DNA from: Hydrolagus colliei
Taxonomy: Eukaryota
NCBI GenBank assembly: GCA_035084275.1
Contig: CM068756.1
Span: forward strand, 7,564,001 to 7,628,000
DNA length: 64,000 nt
Reading direction: 5' to 3'
Part shown: piece by piece, positions 42,326-54,326 of the stretch
How the letters are laid out: each line of letters begins with the position of its first letter
How positions within the stretch are numbered: position 1 is the first letter of the stretch
Translations under genes and position numbers: made by a program
Notes under the pieces: model-generated
Databases searched by the model: none
Told to the model about the DNA's origin: nothing
What the model saw: the letters and a program-made list of their open reading frames with translations, nothing else

Positions 42326-42498
42326 CAAAACACAAAATACTGCAGACGCTGGAAATCTGAAACAAAAATAGAAGTTGCTGGGAAAACTCAGCAGGTCAGG
42401 CTGAAAGAAGGGTTGTGGACCCGAAATGTTGACTCAGTTTCCTTTCTCCATGGATGCTGCCTGACCTGCTGAGTTTTCCCAGCAACTTCTGTTTTTGT
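42326..42498 (+). mobile_element. Penelope-like element terminal remnant (inverted arms, hammerhead-like core), 14-bp target duplication
   Basis: About 40-bp near-perfect inverted arms (42361-42401 and 42459-42498); ATTATATACAAGTG duplicated at 42312-42325 and 42499-42512; core CTGAAAGAAGGGTtgtggACCCGAAA. Confidence 0.8.
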
Positions 42499-45400
42499 AT
42501 TATATACAAGTGTATGTTTTCTACAAGCAATTACAACTATGGAAAGATAAAACATTGTCTCATAAAATGCACTACAGTTCCCTGGTATTTTCTGTAGGCA
42601 ATCAAGATACATCAAGTTACTCTATGCAACACAGTAAGAAGAATCAAAGAATAAAATACATTTTTTTGTCTACACTGTAATTTTTGTGGTGAGAAATATA
42701 TGTTGATTTATTAAATTATTCAATCTATTAAAATTTGGTGATAATTTACTACCAATTTATCAGTTTTTTTACATCTAAAATAAGCCAAAGAAAGAGCTAC
42801 TCTGATGTCTTCAAGGTGGAGCTGCTAGACTATACAAATGATTCTGTGAATCTTATATGCATCTGGTCACGCTGAATGTTATATCATTTTTAAAATGCTT
42901 ATAAGAAAACATTTAGCAGCCTTGTCATCTTTTCTCAGCTCACCAGGAACAGAGATTTAAACCATTAAGTGGTTATGTGAAAAGCCATTATGTTTTCAAC
43001 TCAGGCACTAAGAATTGCAATTTTGCTGTACTGTTCTGCAAACCTCATAATGCAGTTTAATCTTGAGTTCATTGGATTCACTGAGGGCATAACAGTTCTT
43101 TGTAATGAGTGTCATGTCCCTATCCAACTTGCATTGCCCACAAATGTCACAAGAATGTTTTCTCACTGTAAAAAAAGGCACATGGAAAAAACTTTCCCTG
43201 TTATGATTTTCTTGCTCTTTTGCTGTGATAATTAACTGTAGATACACACAATTTATGTATTCAACTAGAGACCCCTCTGCTCTGCAATATGAAGTTCCTG
43301 AGAATTACAGATATCAGATCATTAATCCAAGCAGCTTTCCTACAAAACGTTTTACTTGCAATAAAATTTACCCTACTTAGCCTTTCTACTACTTAGTCTT
43401 ATTGCATTTTACTGCTAACAATTTTCTCCCAAGCTTCTGCCAATGCCATTCTGCAATCCAAAGCCAGGAGGTTCAGAATCACAACTTCCCTCTCTTAATT
43501 TACCATCCCAACTTCTAGAGAAGCATCTGGCCAAATGCTAGCACTACTGAATCTCTTAAATGCACTTTTCTAAGTGTTCATTCTGCAAAGTCAATTTATG
43601 TTTACTCCTCTAGTTCTGTACTGTATTTCTCCAATCAGCTGTGCTACCCTGCTTTACTCAAAACCATGGTTTTCTTTAGATGTATTTAATCACCTCAATC
43701 TTCAGTGGTAAATTACTCTGCTTTAGGTATTGTCCCTCATTCTTCAAATTAAACTACCCTACACATACTATGGGTAACATGAACAATCCCACAAGGGAAA
43801 TTACATGGAATCTCTGTCCCTTTAAGCAATTTCTGTTCTTTCACCACCTGATTTTCCTTGCCCAACTCCTTACTTGCAGCAAACACAGACACAGTCTTCA
43901 GGTCTTTTGAGGAAATGGCATAATAAGCTCAGTTTCTGCCAGGATACTAAGAATAAGGCTAATATATATTTGACTAGCTTCATTAAAAGTATGTAATGAA
44001 TTATACAAGGATACGATTAATCACAAGATGGAAACAAACCTACAGCAAAACAGACTCTTGGATATTTATTTTTTTAGCTATTAGTATACTACAGTAAAGA
44101 AAACCATTACACGTGAACCCAGTATCATTAAACTAAACTGACTTGATTTATAAACCAAGAATCTGCCAAGTCAAAATATATAGTCAACATAAATCCACAG
44201 CCAACACTAAATTGCAAAATTACATCTCTACCCACAGCCACGTCAACGAATAATCATTTATAAAATGGTAAGAATTAATCCACATGTAAATACCACAAAC
44301 AACACATTCAAACTGCCAACATATTAGTTTATATGGAATCACATATTAGAATAGTACTCCATGGGGTAAATTTGGATCTCCACTCTGAGCCTGTGAAAGT
44401 AATCTCCGCTCTATCCATTCTAAGACAGTGATCCCTTTGTGTAATAAATAAGGTTGCCAAAACTTTTGTATGAATAGAAGAATTGCTAGACAAAAAAAAG
44501 ACCAAAGTCCATTCAGTTCATCTTCTACCAACTTGGTAGTCGCAAGCTACAATAATAGAAATGTTGATCCCAATTAATTTATAACTCTAGTGATTCTATA
44601 TTCTTTTTGTTGGATTGTTAATTACATAAGTAATGTCACATGCCAGTCGTTCTATAAATATAGTTAACCCAAACCAAAATTTAATCCAACTGAATTCTAT
44701 TCCTTCTGTGTTAGAAAGTTTGAAAAGAAATGGGTCCAAATTACTTTGTCAGTTTGAGTTTAACCATAAAATAGTTTAAACATATAGTTTGTGCCCATTT
44801 CTTGCACTGAACCTGCTTGTGCAAAGAGATCATTGTACCTCGGCTGTGGAATGGGGGTAGATTGCTCAATTTACCCAAGATAGGTAAAGAAAATTGTTTT
44901 TTAAAAAATTATTTTGTATTTCAGTTTTCTTCATTCTTGACATCCAACTCCATCAGCTAACTATTGGTATTCTGAAATGTCTGGTGGGAAACTAAGTCTA
45001 ATAATAGACACAACTGACTACAATGTGAATCCTATTGCTGTATACATTCCTTGAATATTATCTTACCTTTTCTTTAATATATTTAATGTGTTGCCAGAAA
45101 ATCACACAACAGGGATTTTCCAATTGGTACAAAATACATTCAAAGAAATTAGTTATTCAGGAGAAGTAGGGTGATTGTCTGATATTCTTACACTATATAT
45201 AAATGAAGAATTGTTCATGCTATACTAAAAATAAAGCTTTGGCTCAGCTTGACCAGATAAAATGTATCAACTAACCACTTTCAGCAAACACTTTTCGACA
45301 AGTGAAGATAAGCGTAAACTAAAGAGCCCTGTTTGCTCATCTTTACAGTCATGCAAGAGTCATGATTCATTGTGTTCAATGGTAATTATTAAAACAAGCA

Positions 45401-46042
45401 ATTTGATGGGAAAATAATAAAAGCAGAGAACAAATATAAGTCAAATCCCTGCAGTAGCCTGGTAGTGCAGTGCAGCTCTCCTGACGGGACATTCTCACGC
45501 TAAACAAGGGTGAGATGCCAAATGGAGTCAAGTCCTTCCCGAGAGGTAAGAGCAGAAACATACATACATTTTTTATGAAGGATATATCTCCAAACAGCCA
45601 CATTACAGTACGATTGGTAAACGCTTAAAAAATAGGTTGCATACCTGACCTCTCAGTTAGTAAGACAGTTGCTGGGTGTAGGGAAACAAAAGAGTGCCCC
45701 TACAACAAGTACTTTAAAAAGTAGGACCCCACAACAAAATAAATTGTGCTGGGTTTATTTTTGCAAAATATTTAATACAATTACTTGATTTAATTTGTTT
45801 CCTGTAGTATTTATTGTTTTTGCTGAATATCATGGAATACAATTGTCAAAAGGAAACCACTCTGATGCATTGCACTGTCAATCAACTTCTCTCTCCCCAC
45901 ACCCCCATTATGAAATAACAGCAGTCAACAAACCATCGGACTCTATGAAGGCCAGAATCTTTCAAGCATGGTGTATCTGCGATTGCCTCCGTTATGTCAC
46001 ATGGATTACGTTATCGAGTGCACGACTGATTCGGTGAGGTCA

Positions 46043-46101
46043 GCACCTTGAGACGTTCTCCTGACATGAAGGGCGCTCTATAAATGTAATTTTGTTGTTG
46101 T
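46043..46101 (+). mobile_element. Short L2 3' tail
   Basis: gcaccttgagacgttctcctgacatgaagggcgctctataaatgtaattttgttgttg. Confidence 0.75.
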
Positions 46102-46619
46102 CAGGTGGCTATGGTTTGTGGATGTCCTCGTGTTTAATAATGAAGCCCACAACACCTTTTGAGCTACCAACCTGCCTCTCACTAGACCCTATTGCAAACA
46201 AGTTATTGCGAGAGAATTGTTATTTAATACTGTGAAGCAGTTGAATTATTTTGCTAGCACAATTTACTAAATATGCCATTTTAGCAAGTAGAGAAGATGG
46301 CCACATTCAAAAACAAAACACAAAAACCTATCTGAGCATGGAAGCAATGATCTGTACGTAGTTTCGAACACAAGCAGCAAACTGATCTTGGCAAAACCAA
46401 GAATCCACTGGAACAAATTAAATTAACTCGCGGTTTAGACATAAAGATAACAAATAACAAATAACGTATTTGAAATATGTCTGAACTACTATTTAATCTC
46501 ACTCTCAGCCTCGCCATTCTCCTATGAATATGCTGCAGTTATTTGTAAATTCACATCATTTGCAAATTTCAGTCAGTCTTCTTTGTCGGCTTCAAACATC
46601 GGTTTAATTTCAAGGTCTA

Positions 46620-46939
46620 GGAGCCCTGTAGCTCAGTGGTCAGAGCACTTGCTTCACAAGCGAGATACTGGGTTTGATTCCCAGGAAGGCAAAACCTGGG
46701 TTTCAAGTTTCCAAGTTTCCTTACTCCACACGGCTGATAATAATCCCTCAAGAAAAAAAAGAATTTGGTCACTAAATCCACGACTATTTGTGGGACATAG
46801 CTGTGCACAATTAGCTGCTGCATTTTTGTTCACAAAATATACAGTCAATTCACTTTACAGTATATTTTGTGAAGCACTTTGAGATGTTTCAAAGACGTGA
46901 AAAGCTCCACATCAAATACAAGGATTTTTATTATTATTA
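46620..46939 (+). mobile_element. Full-length tRNA-derived SINE
   Basis: A box TAGCTCAGTGG, B box GGTTTGATTCC, Deu-like gctgtgcacaattagctgctgc, L2-like tail ending (TTA)n; homologous to 57526-57818. Confidence 0.9.
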
Positions 46940-47147
46940 CAGTAAAAGCCCGTTTATCCGGCACCCGATCAACTGTAACTTCCGTTTAACCTGCATCACA
47001 AAAAAGTCCGCATTCGATTAACCGGAATTTATCTGGAAAAATGCACTGAAATGTTTTTTTGTTTTGCGTTTTCAGCCAAATATCTGGCACTCGCTTTAAT
47101 CGGCATTGGCCAGGTCCTGAGGGTGCCGGATAAACAGGCTTTTACTG
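46940..47147. mobile_element. Tigger-type MITE (208 bp), same termini as 13756-14471, inserted at the SINE (TTA)n tail
   Basis: TA|CAGTAAAAGCCCGTTTATCCGGCACCC ... GGGTGCCGGATAAACAGGCTTTTACTG|TA. Confidence 0.92.
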
Positions 47148-48129
47148 TATTTAAATGACTGCTTGAAACACAACAAAATTGCAGCTATAGTAAAAGTCAC
47201 ACATATCAAATTGATTATATTCTGCTATATCAGTACAGTATAACACATGGAACTTGGATCAACACGTTCTTTATAAAATTCCCGCAAATCTAATGATCTA
47301 TAATTACACTTATTCCAGGCATTTCTCTATAAGATTCCTCTATATGTCTACAGAATCTACCATCGAAGCAAACAAATATCTAAATACCCAAGGTGAACTG
47401 ATTAATGCCTTTGGTCCAAGAGGGATATATATAGAATGGCTAAAAAAAATAATGCTATAAAATGGAGGATTTATAAACACTTTTAGCTTGTCATTTAGTC
47501 ATCGCTAGCTCCTGTTTTATTATTTTGAAAAGGCTGATCAGAAGCAACCTTGCATTCTGCTTAGAATTGCCTCTCTCTAGTGTCAATATGAATAGAGTGC
47601 GCTGCCCACAGCTTCAGCGTCGCTTCATGTCACTGGGGAGGAGCTTCTCCACAAAATGTCTGCTCCCTGGCTGCCTCTGACCAGCAGTGGAAAGCATGTA
47701 ACACAAACAAGAGAAGCCAGAGACAAATTAACAGTTGCCTTCCATTATGTTCGAATTTTGTGACCATTTGGTAGAGCAGCTTGTTTCTTTTCATTTTAAG
47801 CATGCTGCTGAAATTGTTCAGACAAGCTCGTCTATTTGTATTTTTTTCCAAAAATAATCACTAACGCATTATTTTTCATTGCTATCCGGTGATTTAAAAG
47901 AACACAGATTTTGTTTTAAACAGCGAGAAGCGATGTCGTCGTCTGAAGAGCTGATGCGGAGAGTTGCAGAGCATAAAAGGGTGAAAGAGTTAAACTAACA
48001 TCAACAGACACAAAATTGTTCATTTGGGATGTTACAGATTCTGTAATTTTAATAATATCAGGTTAAATAACACTTCAAACATATTCCATGATGATGCCTC
48101 TAACAGCCATGGTTTTAAAAATACACTGC

Positions 48130-48388
48130 ATTGAATTGCGAGAAATGACGAGATGACCCGGTGACTCGCGCACACTTACCGGTCCGCTGAATTGAATCAC
48201 AGGGAACGCAGTCTTGACCCATCACCGCATGCACACTTACTGGATGTATTGAATTAAGCATGGGCAGCGTCAATTATTGATTAAATTGGATTTCATACGA
48301 CTTATACAGTTTGCCTGCAACTTGGACTATGCATAAGTCATACTAAATGTTATGGTCCCAATTGATACAATTTATGTGGGTTTTACCG
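48130..48388. mobile_element. Older TA-flanked MITE, copy 3 (partial)
   Basis: Aligns by eye with 39220-39447 (gcacac..cagtcttga..atcacc..cacttactgg..gatacaa.ttatgtg.gtttta). Confidence 0.65.
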
Positions 48389-48419
48389 TATATAATTTCT
48401 CAATCTTATCAATCTTGCA

Positions 48420-48612
48420 TTTCACCCAATATTTCTCTCTCTCGTTTCCCCTGAAAACAAGAACTGATAAAGTATTGATGCACGGGATTCAGTGCCAATC
48501 CCATCTTAAGTGACTAATTCTTCAGTTACGCCGTATATTACGGTTTTACTATATCAAGCCTGAGATCTTGGTCTGTTCAGCCCAGTACCACACAATGCAG
48601 TAAATGCACCAA
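48420..48612 (-). mobile_element. AmnSINE2-like relic, internally deleted (tentative)
   Basis: Minus strand tgtgtggtactgggctgaacagaccaagatctcagg and gaagaattagtcactt...ttcaggggaaacgagagagagaaatattgg resemble the recalled 5' and 3' ends of AmnSINE2. Confidence 0.4.
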
Positions 48613-48824
48613 AAACAGACATCAACATTTATGTTGCACCTCTTAGGTTACCATATGATTTTTTTAAAATTATAGTTTTACTTTAATTTTATTAAAATTG
48701 TCAAATGTAATAAAATAAACCTTCAATTAAAAATATGAAGCAACTGAATTTAACCTCTGTATTACCAATGATGTACAATTTAACAATTAGATGAAAGAAC
48801 AATACAAACAACACTGCATAATTA

Positions 48825-48929
<105 letters not shown>

Positions 48930-49237
48930 CTATCACACAATTGCAAGAAAGAATTGTATGGTTTAGTACGTCACCCCAATTTGTTTTATACAATTTAGAA
49001 ACGTATATAGACAAGCTAAATGAAGACAAGGCAGTACTGGAAAACAGTATGAAATTATCACCAGACTTTCATCTGAACCTCTCATGTGACAATCAAGATT
49101 AAAACCTAGGATATCATAAAGATATATTCTACACGATGATGAAGTCAATTGAGTAAATAGTTTTTTTTTTTAAAAAGCGTTCACTAGTTTACTTATTCAT
49201 AAAGTGTTGAAAATTCAAGACAATTCCATTTGCTTAC

Positions 49238-52200
49238 CCTGGGGGCTGGTGATGCTTGCGATGACTTTTTCTGGCTCCTTGTCTCTGGTGTCATTTCCCT
49301 GTGGTCCATCTGGATATGATTCTCTAGATCTTCCGCAGTTTCAAACTTCACTGCACACTCAGGACATCGAAGGCTAGCGCTGGCTCTTTCACTGCTTTCC
49401 TGCTGAGGTACATTGGAAGATTGACCATTCGTATTTCTGTTCATGCAACCTGCACATAAGCCATAAGGCAGGCCATTGACATCAAGTTTCACCAAGTCCT
49501 GTTTGCTCCTGAACTCCTTCAGGCATAAAGCACACTTGTAGAGTCTCTGAAGAGCCTGACTATTTGGAGATGAGGATGAAGAACTTCCTGCTAATTTCTG
49601 CATATGAAATGTTCCATGAATTTTTAACTCAAGTGTGGAGGTGACTGTCTGCATGCAGACCACACAACGGAACCCTGTAAGGGAGTTTCTCAGGTCTGGA
49701 TGCATCTGGCAGTGCTCAATAAATTCTTCTTCACTTTGCAGTGGCATCTTGCAGATCCTGCAAGTTCCCGTATCTAAACTTTTGCTGTGTGTCACCTTGT
49801 GTTCAGTCAGGGTTAGAAGTGAAGGAAACCTCTCACCACAGATAGGACACATATAGTGTTTGGCTGGTCCACGGTGTGTCTGCATATGCTCTCGAAGTCC
49901 ATTCTCTGAGAAAAACGTCCTAGCGCAGATATTGCATTTATGAGTTCCTTTGATGAAGTCTGCTTTTTTCCGTGAATTATCATCATCTCCAGGGCGAATG
50001 TTGTGATCCCTTAACCTATGATTCTGGAGTAGAACTTCCATAGTGTATGCGGCACCACATATATCACAGGCGTACATGGGCTCTAAGGCATCAATGTCAT
50101 CCTCACTAGCTTCATGGCTGTTCAGAGCCTCTTGGCTCTTCATCAGAATGTTCTGCAGATCTGTCTCCACTCTCTTATTGGATGATGCAATGCCATTTGC
50201 AGTTCCATTTTGGCTGGTGGTGTCAAACACACAATGCTTTTCTCGTAAATGCTTTTCTAGCAATATGATAGCATGGAACGCCTTGCTGCAGAACTTACAA
50301 TTGTACTTTTTACTGTGTGTTGTGATATGGCATTGCAACTCCACCTCCGTACTGAAGGTCTCACCACAGAATATGCATTTGCGGCCTTTGGCCGGATTAC
50401 CCAAATGGCTGTGCTTCACATGAAGCTGAAGATCCACCTCTTTTCGGAAATCCCAGTTACAGGCTGTACAGCGATACATTTTCTTTTCATTGCTGTGCTT
50501 CACTGCCAAATGCACTTGAATAGAGACCTTGGAATCAAAGACTTCTTGGCACAATGTGCAGTGATAGAGCACAAAAGTATGCATATCTAGCAAATGCTTC
50601 TGTAGGTCATCCACTGACGAAAATTGCTTGTCACAGCTCTCGCATACATAATGGGTAGAAGTTGTCATGTAGTGTATGGTGAGATGTTGTAAAAGGGTCT
50701 CTTGGGAATCAAAATCCTCTTTACATTGAGGGCAGGACTGCTTCCTTAAAAGAATTTCCAAATGTGATTTCAGGTGGCTTTGAAAACTTTCAAAAGAGGA
50801 GAACTTGAGATCACATTGGTTGCATGGATACTCGCCATTTGATAGTGCAGCTGCACTTGCTGACAGTCTCTGTCTTTTCGGAGAGGAGACTTCTGCATCG
50901 GACGAAACGGGACTTTGCTCTGACTTGGATTTCCGACCGTTGTTCGCAAGTGGAATATTCTTATGGTTTTCCTTGATGTGCTTTGTCAGCTTCAGGATAG
51001 TGCCAAAAATTGGGGAGTTGGTGCAATAAGGGCAAGAATAAACCTCCATGAAAGACTGTGTAGCCTGTATTACAGGAGACTCCAGTTTTGTATTTCCCAC
51101 GTTGCAATGAATTTGCTGAATGTGTTCCGCAAGTGAAGATTCTGTAAGGAACCCCATTGAGCAATGAGAACAAAAGAAAGCATGGTTTCCATCTTGAGTG
51201 AGTGTATTTGGAATACAATGGGTAACTCTGATATGTTCTTGCAAACTGTTTAGATCTGCAAACAACTCTGGGCAGTAGTTGCAGTGAAGCATAGAAGTTG
51301 TAGTAAACTGCATTACTGGAAAAACATTATTTTTGTGTAGTTTCCGGACATGTTCATTTAAGTTATATAAAGTGGGGAGTGAATCAAGGCAGAACTGGCA
51401 TGTGTGGCTTTGCTGAGGTTTATCTGAGTGAATCGTCTTTAAGTGAATTTCTAGGACAGCCAAACTATTAAAGTCACGCTTGGAACAATATGGACAACTG
51501 TAAGTAACTTTTGGTGACCAGGAATTCTGGCTTCCTTCTCTTTCCAAGGATCCAGAAGGCTTTCTCTGACTTCTGGATGGCTTTAGTGTAGAGTCAGGTG
51601 TTGAACCTCTTTCAACTGAAGCACTGGAATCCGGAGTAGTGCTGCTCATGGATGCTGCACTTCCTGTAACATGGTCGGGACTGATGCTATGGTTACTCGA
51701 ATCTGGTTGTCTATGGGTATCAAGATGACAATAGACTTCTTCCACAGTTGGAAACTGCTCGGGACACATTGGACACTTATGTTTCTTATTCCCATGAACG
51801 AGATCTATGTGATTAATCAATGCATTTTCTTCTGCAAATGCTTCAGGGCAATGGATGCACTGCAATTCTGCTTTCTCACAAATCTGTGGGTGATTTGTGG
51901 CCATATGTTTCTCCAAGTTTTCAACTTGATTGAAAGTGTCATCACAGTAATCACAAACAAAATCCTCTTTCTTCAAATCCTTCTCAACCTTGGCAACGTG
52001 ATCCTTGTTTTTCTTGTGAGCTTGCATATGACTTTGCAACGAACTAGTGGACGAGAAGCCACGCTTGCAAATGGTACACTTGAACGGCTTGCTGGAACTG
52101 TGAGTTTTCAGGTGGATTTTGAGGTGATCACTGCGCGAAAAAGCTGCTTCACACTCGTGACAATGATACTTCTTGTCTCCTGTGTGAAGCTTGATGTGGC

Positions 52201-52470
52201 GGTCGCGGCTTCGTTTGTGCTTGAACAGACGACTACAAAACGTACACTTGAAGGGAAGTTTGTCACTGTGGATCTGCTCGTGTCGCTTAAGGTAACTCAA
52301 ACGGCTGAATGATTTATCACAGAACTGGCAAGGGTAAGGCAAACCTGTCCCTCCTTCTTCATCCACTAGGCTGAGGTCACACCCCTCTCCTAACATCTGA
52401 GAGGGAGATGCAACATCTTTGCTGGAGGGAGATGAGGCTACCCATGAGACTTGTGGGTCATCGTCACCAT
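49238..52470 (-). CDS. ZNF423: ZNF423 large internal coding exon (3,233 bp; most of the C2H2 zinc-finger array)
   Basis: ORF 49193..52513 translation matches vertebrate ZNF423 as I recall it ([74 protein letters not shown]). Acceptor ttctttgcag|AT at 52471/52470 (phase 1); donor AGG|gtaagc at 49238/49237 (phase 0); length 2+3x1077. ORF-track ends [14 protein letters not shown] and [14 protein letters not shown] are intronic read-through. Confidence 0.97.
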
Positions 52471-52675
52471 CTGCAAAGAAAAGAAGATTAAAAAAACTCA
52501 ATTCCCAGTGCATTTCAAGAATAAGGACAATCCCTATTTAGAACATTGTAGCTCAACACTCGCAGCTTTTTCTCAAAACTATATGGTTGTATGAGCGAAT
52601 TACTAAAATTAATTGTATTTTTAATAAAAATCCGACCAGAATGACCCCATAAACAGTTTCCTGATGTGAACTTAG

Positions 52676-53888
52676 TAGGGTCCGGCGATATATCGATATG
52701 TTGCTAAAACTCAATACAATTTTCATATCGATACGCCGATATAGGCATTTCAAAAATATCGATATCGAAAAATGTTATATCGAAGTAAAAAAATTGGAAT
52801 TCGCGCACACTGAACTACAAGACCCAGAATGCTCATCTCTATACACAATGCACAGACCGAGGTGCAAAGCCGCCATATTATATTCATAGTCCTCGAATAC
52901 AATATACAGGTATGCAAGGGGTGTGGGGGGGGAGAGATGACTGGGGGGGTGGGGGGGTGAGGGGGAGAGAGACGGCTGCGGGGGGGAGGGTGGGAGAGAC
53001 AGCTGGGGGGGGGTTGAGGGGGAGAGAGACGGCTGGGGGGGGGGGGCGGAGAGACGGCTGGGTGGGGGGTGAGGGGAGAGAGACGGCTGCGGGGGGGAGG
53101 GTGGGAGAGACGGGTGGGGGGGGTGAGGGGGAGAGAGACGGCTGGGGGGGGGTGCAGAGAGATGGCTGGGTGGGGGGTGAAGGGAGAGAGACGGCTGGGG
53201 AGGGTGAGGGGGAGAGAGACGGCTGCGGGGGGGAGGGTGGGAGAGACGGCTGGGAGGGGTTGAGGGGGAGAGAGACGGCTAGGGGGGGGCGGAGAGATGG
53301 CTGGGTGGGGGGTGAAGGGAGAGAGACGGCTGCGGGGGGGAGGTTGGGAGAGACGGCTGGGGGGGGTTGAGGGGGAGAGAGACGGCTGGGGGGGGGTGAG
53401 GGGGAGAGAGACGGCTGGGGGTGGGGAGGGAGAGAGAGACGGCAGGGGGGCAGAGAGGGTGAAAGAGACGGCTGGGGGGGTGGTGGGGGGGGGAGAGAGA
53501 CGACGGGGGGGCGGGGTGGGAGAGAAGGATGGCAGCAGGGGGGGAGGAGAGAGGGACAGCGGCGGGGTGGGGGGAGAGACGGGGTGGATCTGATAATATA
53601 CAGATAGATAGAGATGGGGGGGGATATGAGAGAGGACAGAGACACAGAGACACAGACAGAAAAACACAGAGATGGAGAGAGTGAGAGACACAGAGAGAGA
53701 AAGATATTTACCTCCTGAGGAGATAGGCCCCGAATGCGCGCGCACCCGGAACGCGCACGCATCCCGAATGTGCGCGCTGCGAGCGCATGCGCAGTACGAA
53801 AACCCCCAAAATATCGATATTTCGGTATATCTCGATATGAGCCCATCGATATATCTAAATCGGAAAATTTTCATATCGACGGACCCTA
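52676..53888. mobile_element. hAT-superfamily non-autonomous element, 1,213 bp, same family as 26283-26669
   Basis: TIRs TAGGGTCCG...CGGACCCTA; perfect 8-bp target duplication GAACTTAG (52668-52675 and 53889-53896); same ATATCG arrays and GCGCATGCGCAGTAC block. Confidence 0.95.
52915..53590. repeat. G-rich minisatellite inside the hAT element (unit about GAGAGACGGCTG-Gn-TGAGGGGGA), followed by a GA-rich tract to about 53700
   Basis: Many copies of gagagacggctg separated by long G runs; source of the spurious Pro-rich and Gly-rich ORFs. Confidence 0.95.
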
Positions 53889-54012
53889 GAACTTAGGAAA
53901 CATTATTGAAGTGAAACAAAAACACAAATCGCCTGGAATACTGCGTTTTTGATTATTGAAATTAATTTTGATTTCGCAACTGTAGCACAAATATTTCGAG
54001 AGCAGAAATAAG

Positions 54013-54326
54013 TAACAACAAAAACAATAACATTTACATAGCACCCTTCACACGGGACAGCATCTCAGAGTATTTAACAGTGGTGAAGCCTGATGCTGAG
54101 CTGTGGGAGTGGGGAGGTGACCAAAAGCACAGTTGAAGAGAAAGGTCTTCAGGCATGATTTTAAAATGGTGAAGGAGGGGCAAGGAGAGGTGCAGTGACT
54201 CCACCAGTGGTGGAGCGAAAGGGTTGAAGGGCAAGCAGGAGGCTGAAGCCAGCCGAGCGGAGGCGATGGATGGTGGAGTGTGGAATAAGCAGGTTGGCGA
54301 GGTATCCAAATGCCTCCTGTGCTGTT
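54013..54326 (-). mobile_element. L2 LINE 3' fragment
   Basis: (AAC) tail and catttacatagcacccttcacac; LKSCLKTFLFNCAF; same subfamily as 5943 and 21617. Confidence 0.82.

Noticed and set aside
49635-52312. Plus-strand ORFs up to 213 aa overlapping the big exon
   Set aside because: Antisense shadows of the ZNF423 coding frame with no recognisable domains.
49238-52470. ZNF521 (paralogue) as the identity
   Set aside because: Motifs such as [21 protein letters not shown], [11 protein letters not shown] and [20 protein letters not shown] match ZNF423 as I recall it.
49193-52513. Single-exon 1106-aa gene as given in the ORF track
   Set aside because: Both ends run through splice sites; homology starts at DGDDDP and ends at PAPR, and the next exon lies 308 bp away.
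52915-53590. CRISPR-like repeat-spacer array
   Set aside because: Eukaryotic intron; the spacers are low-complexity G runs, and there are no cas genes.
52750-53874. Long Pro-rich and Gly-rich ORFs (374, 320, 152 aa and others) resembling extensin/formin
   Set aside because: Open in several frames on both strands because the G/C minisatellite lacks stops; lies within a TIR/TSD-bounded element.
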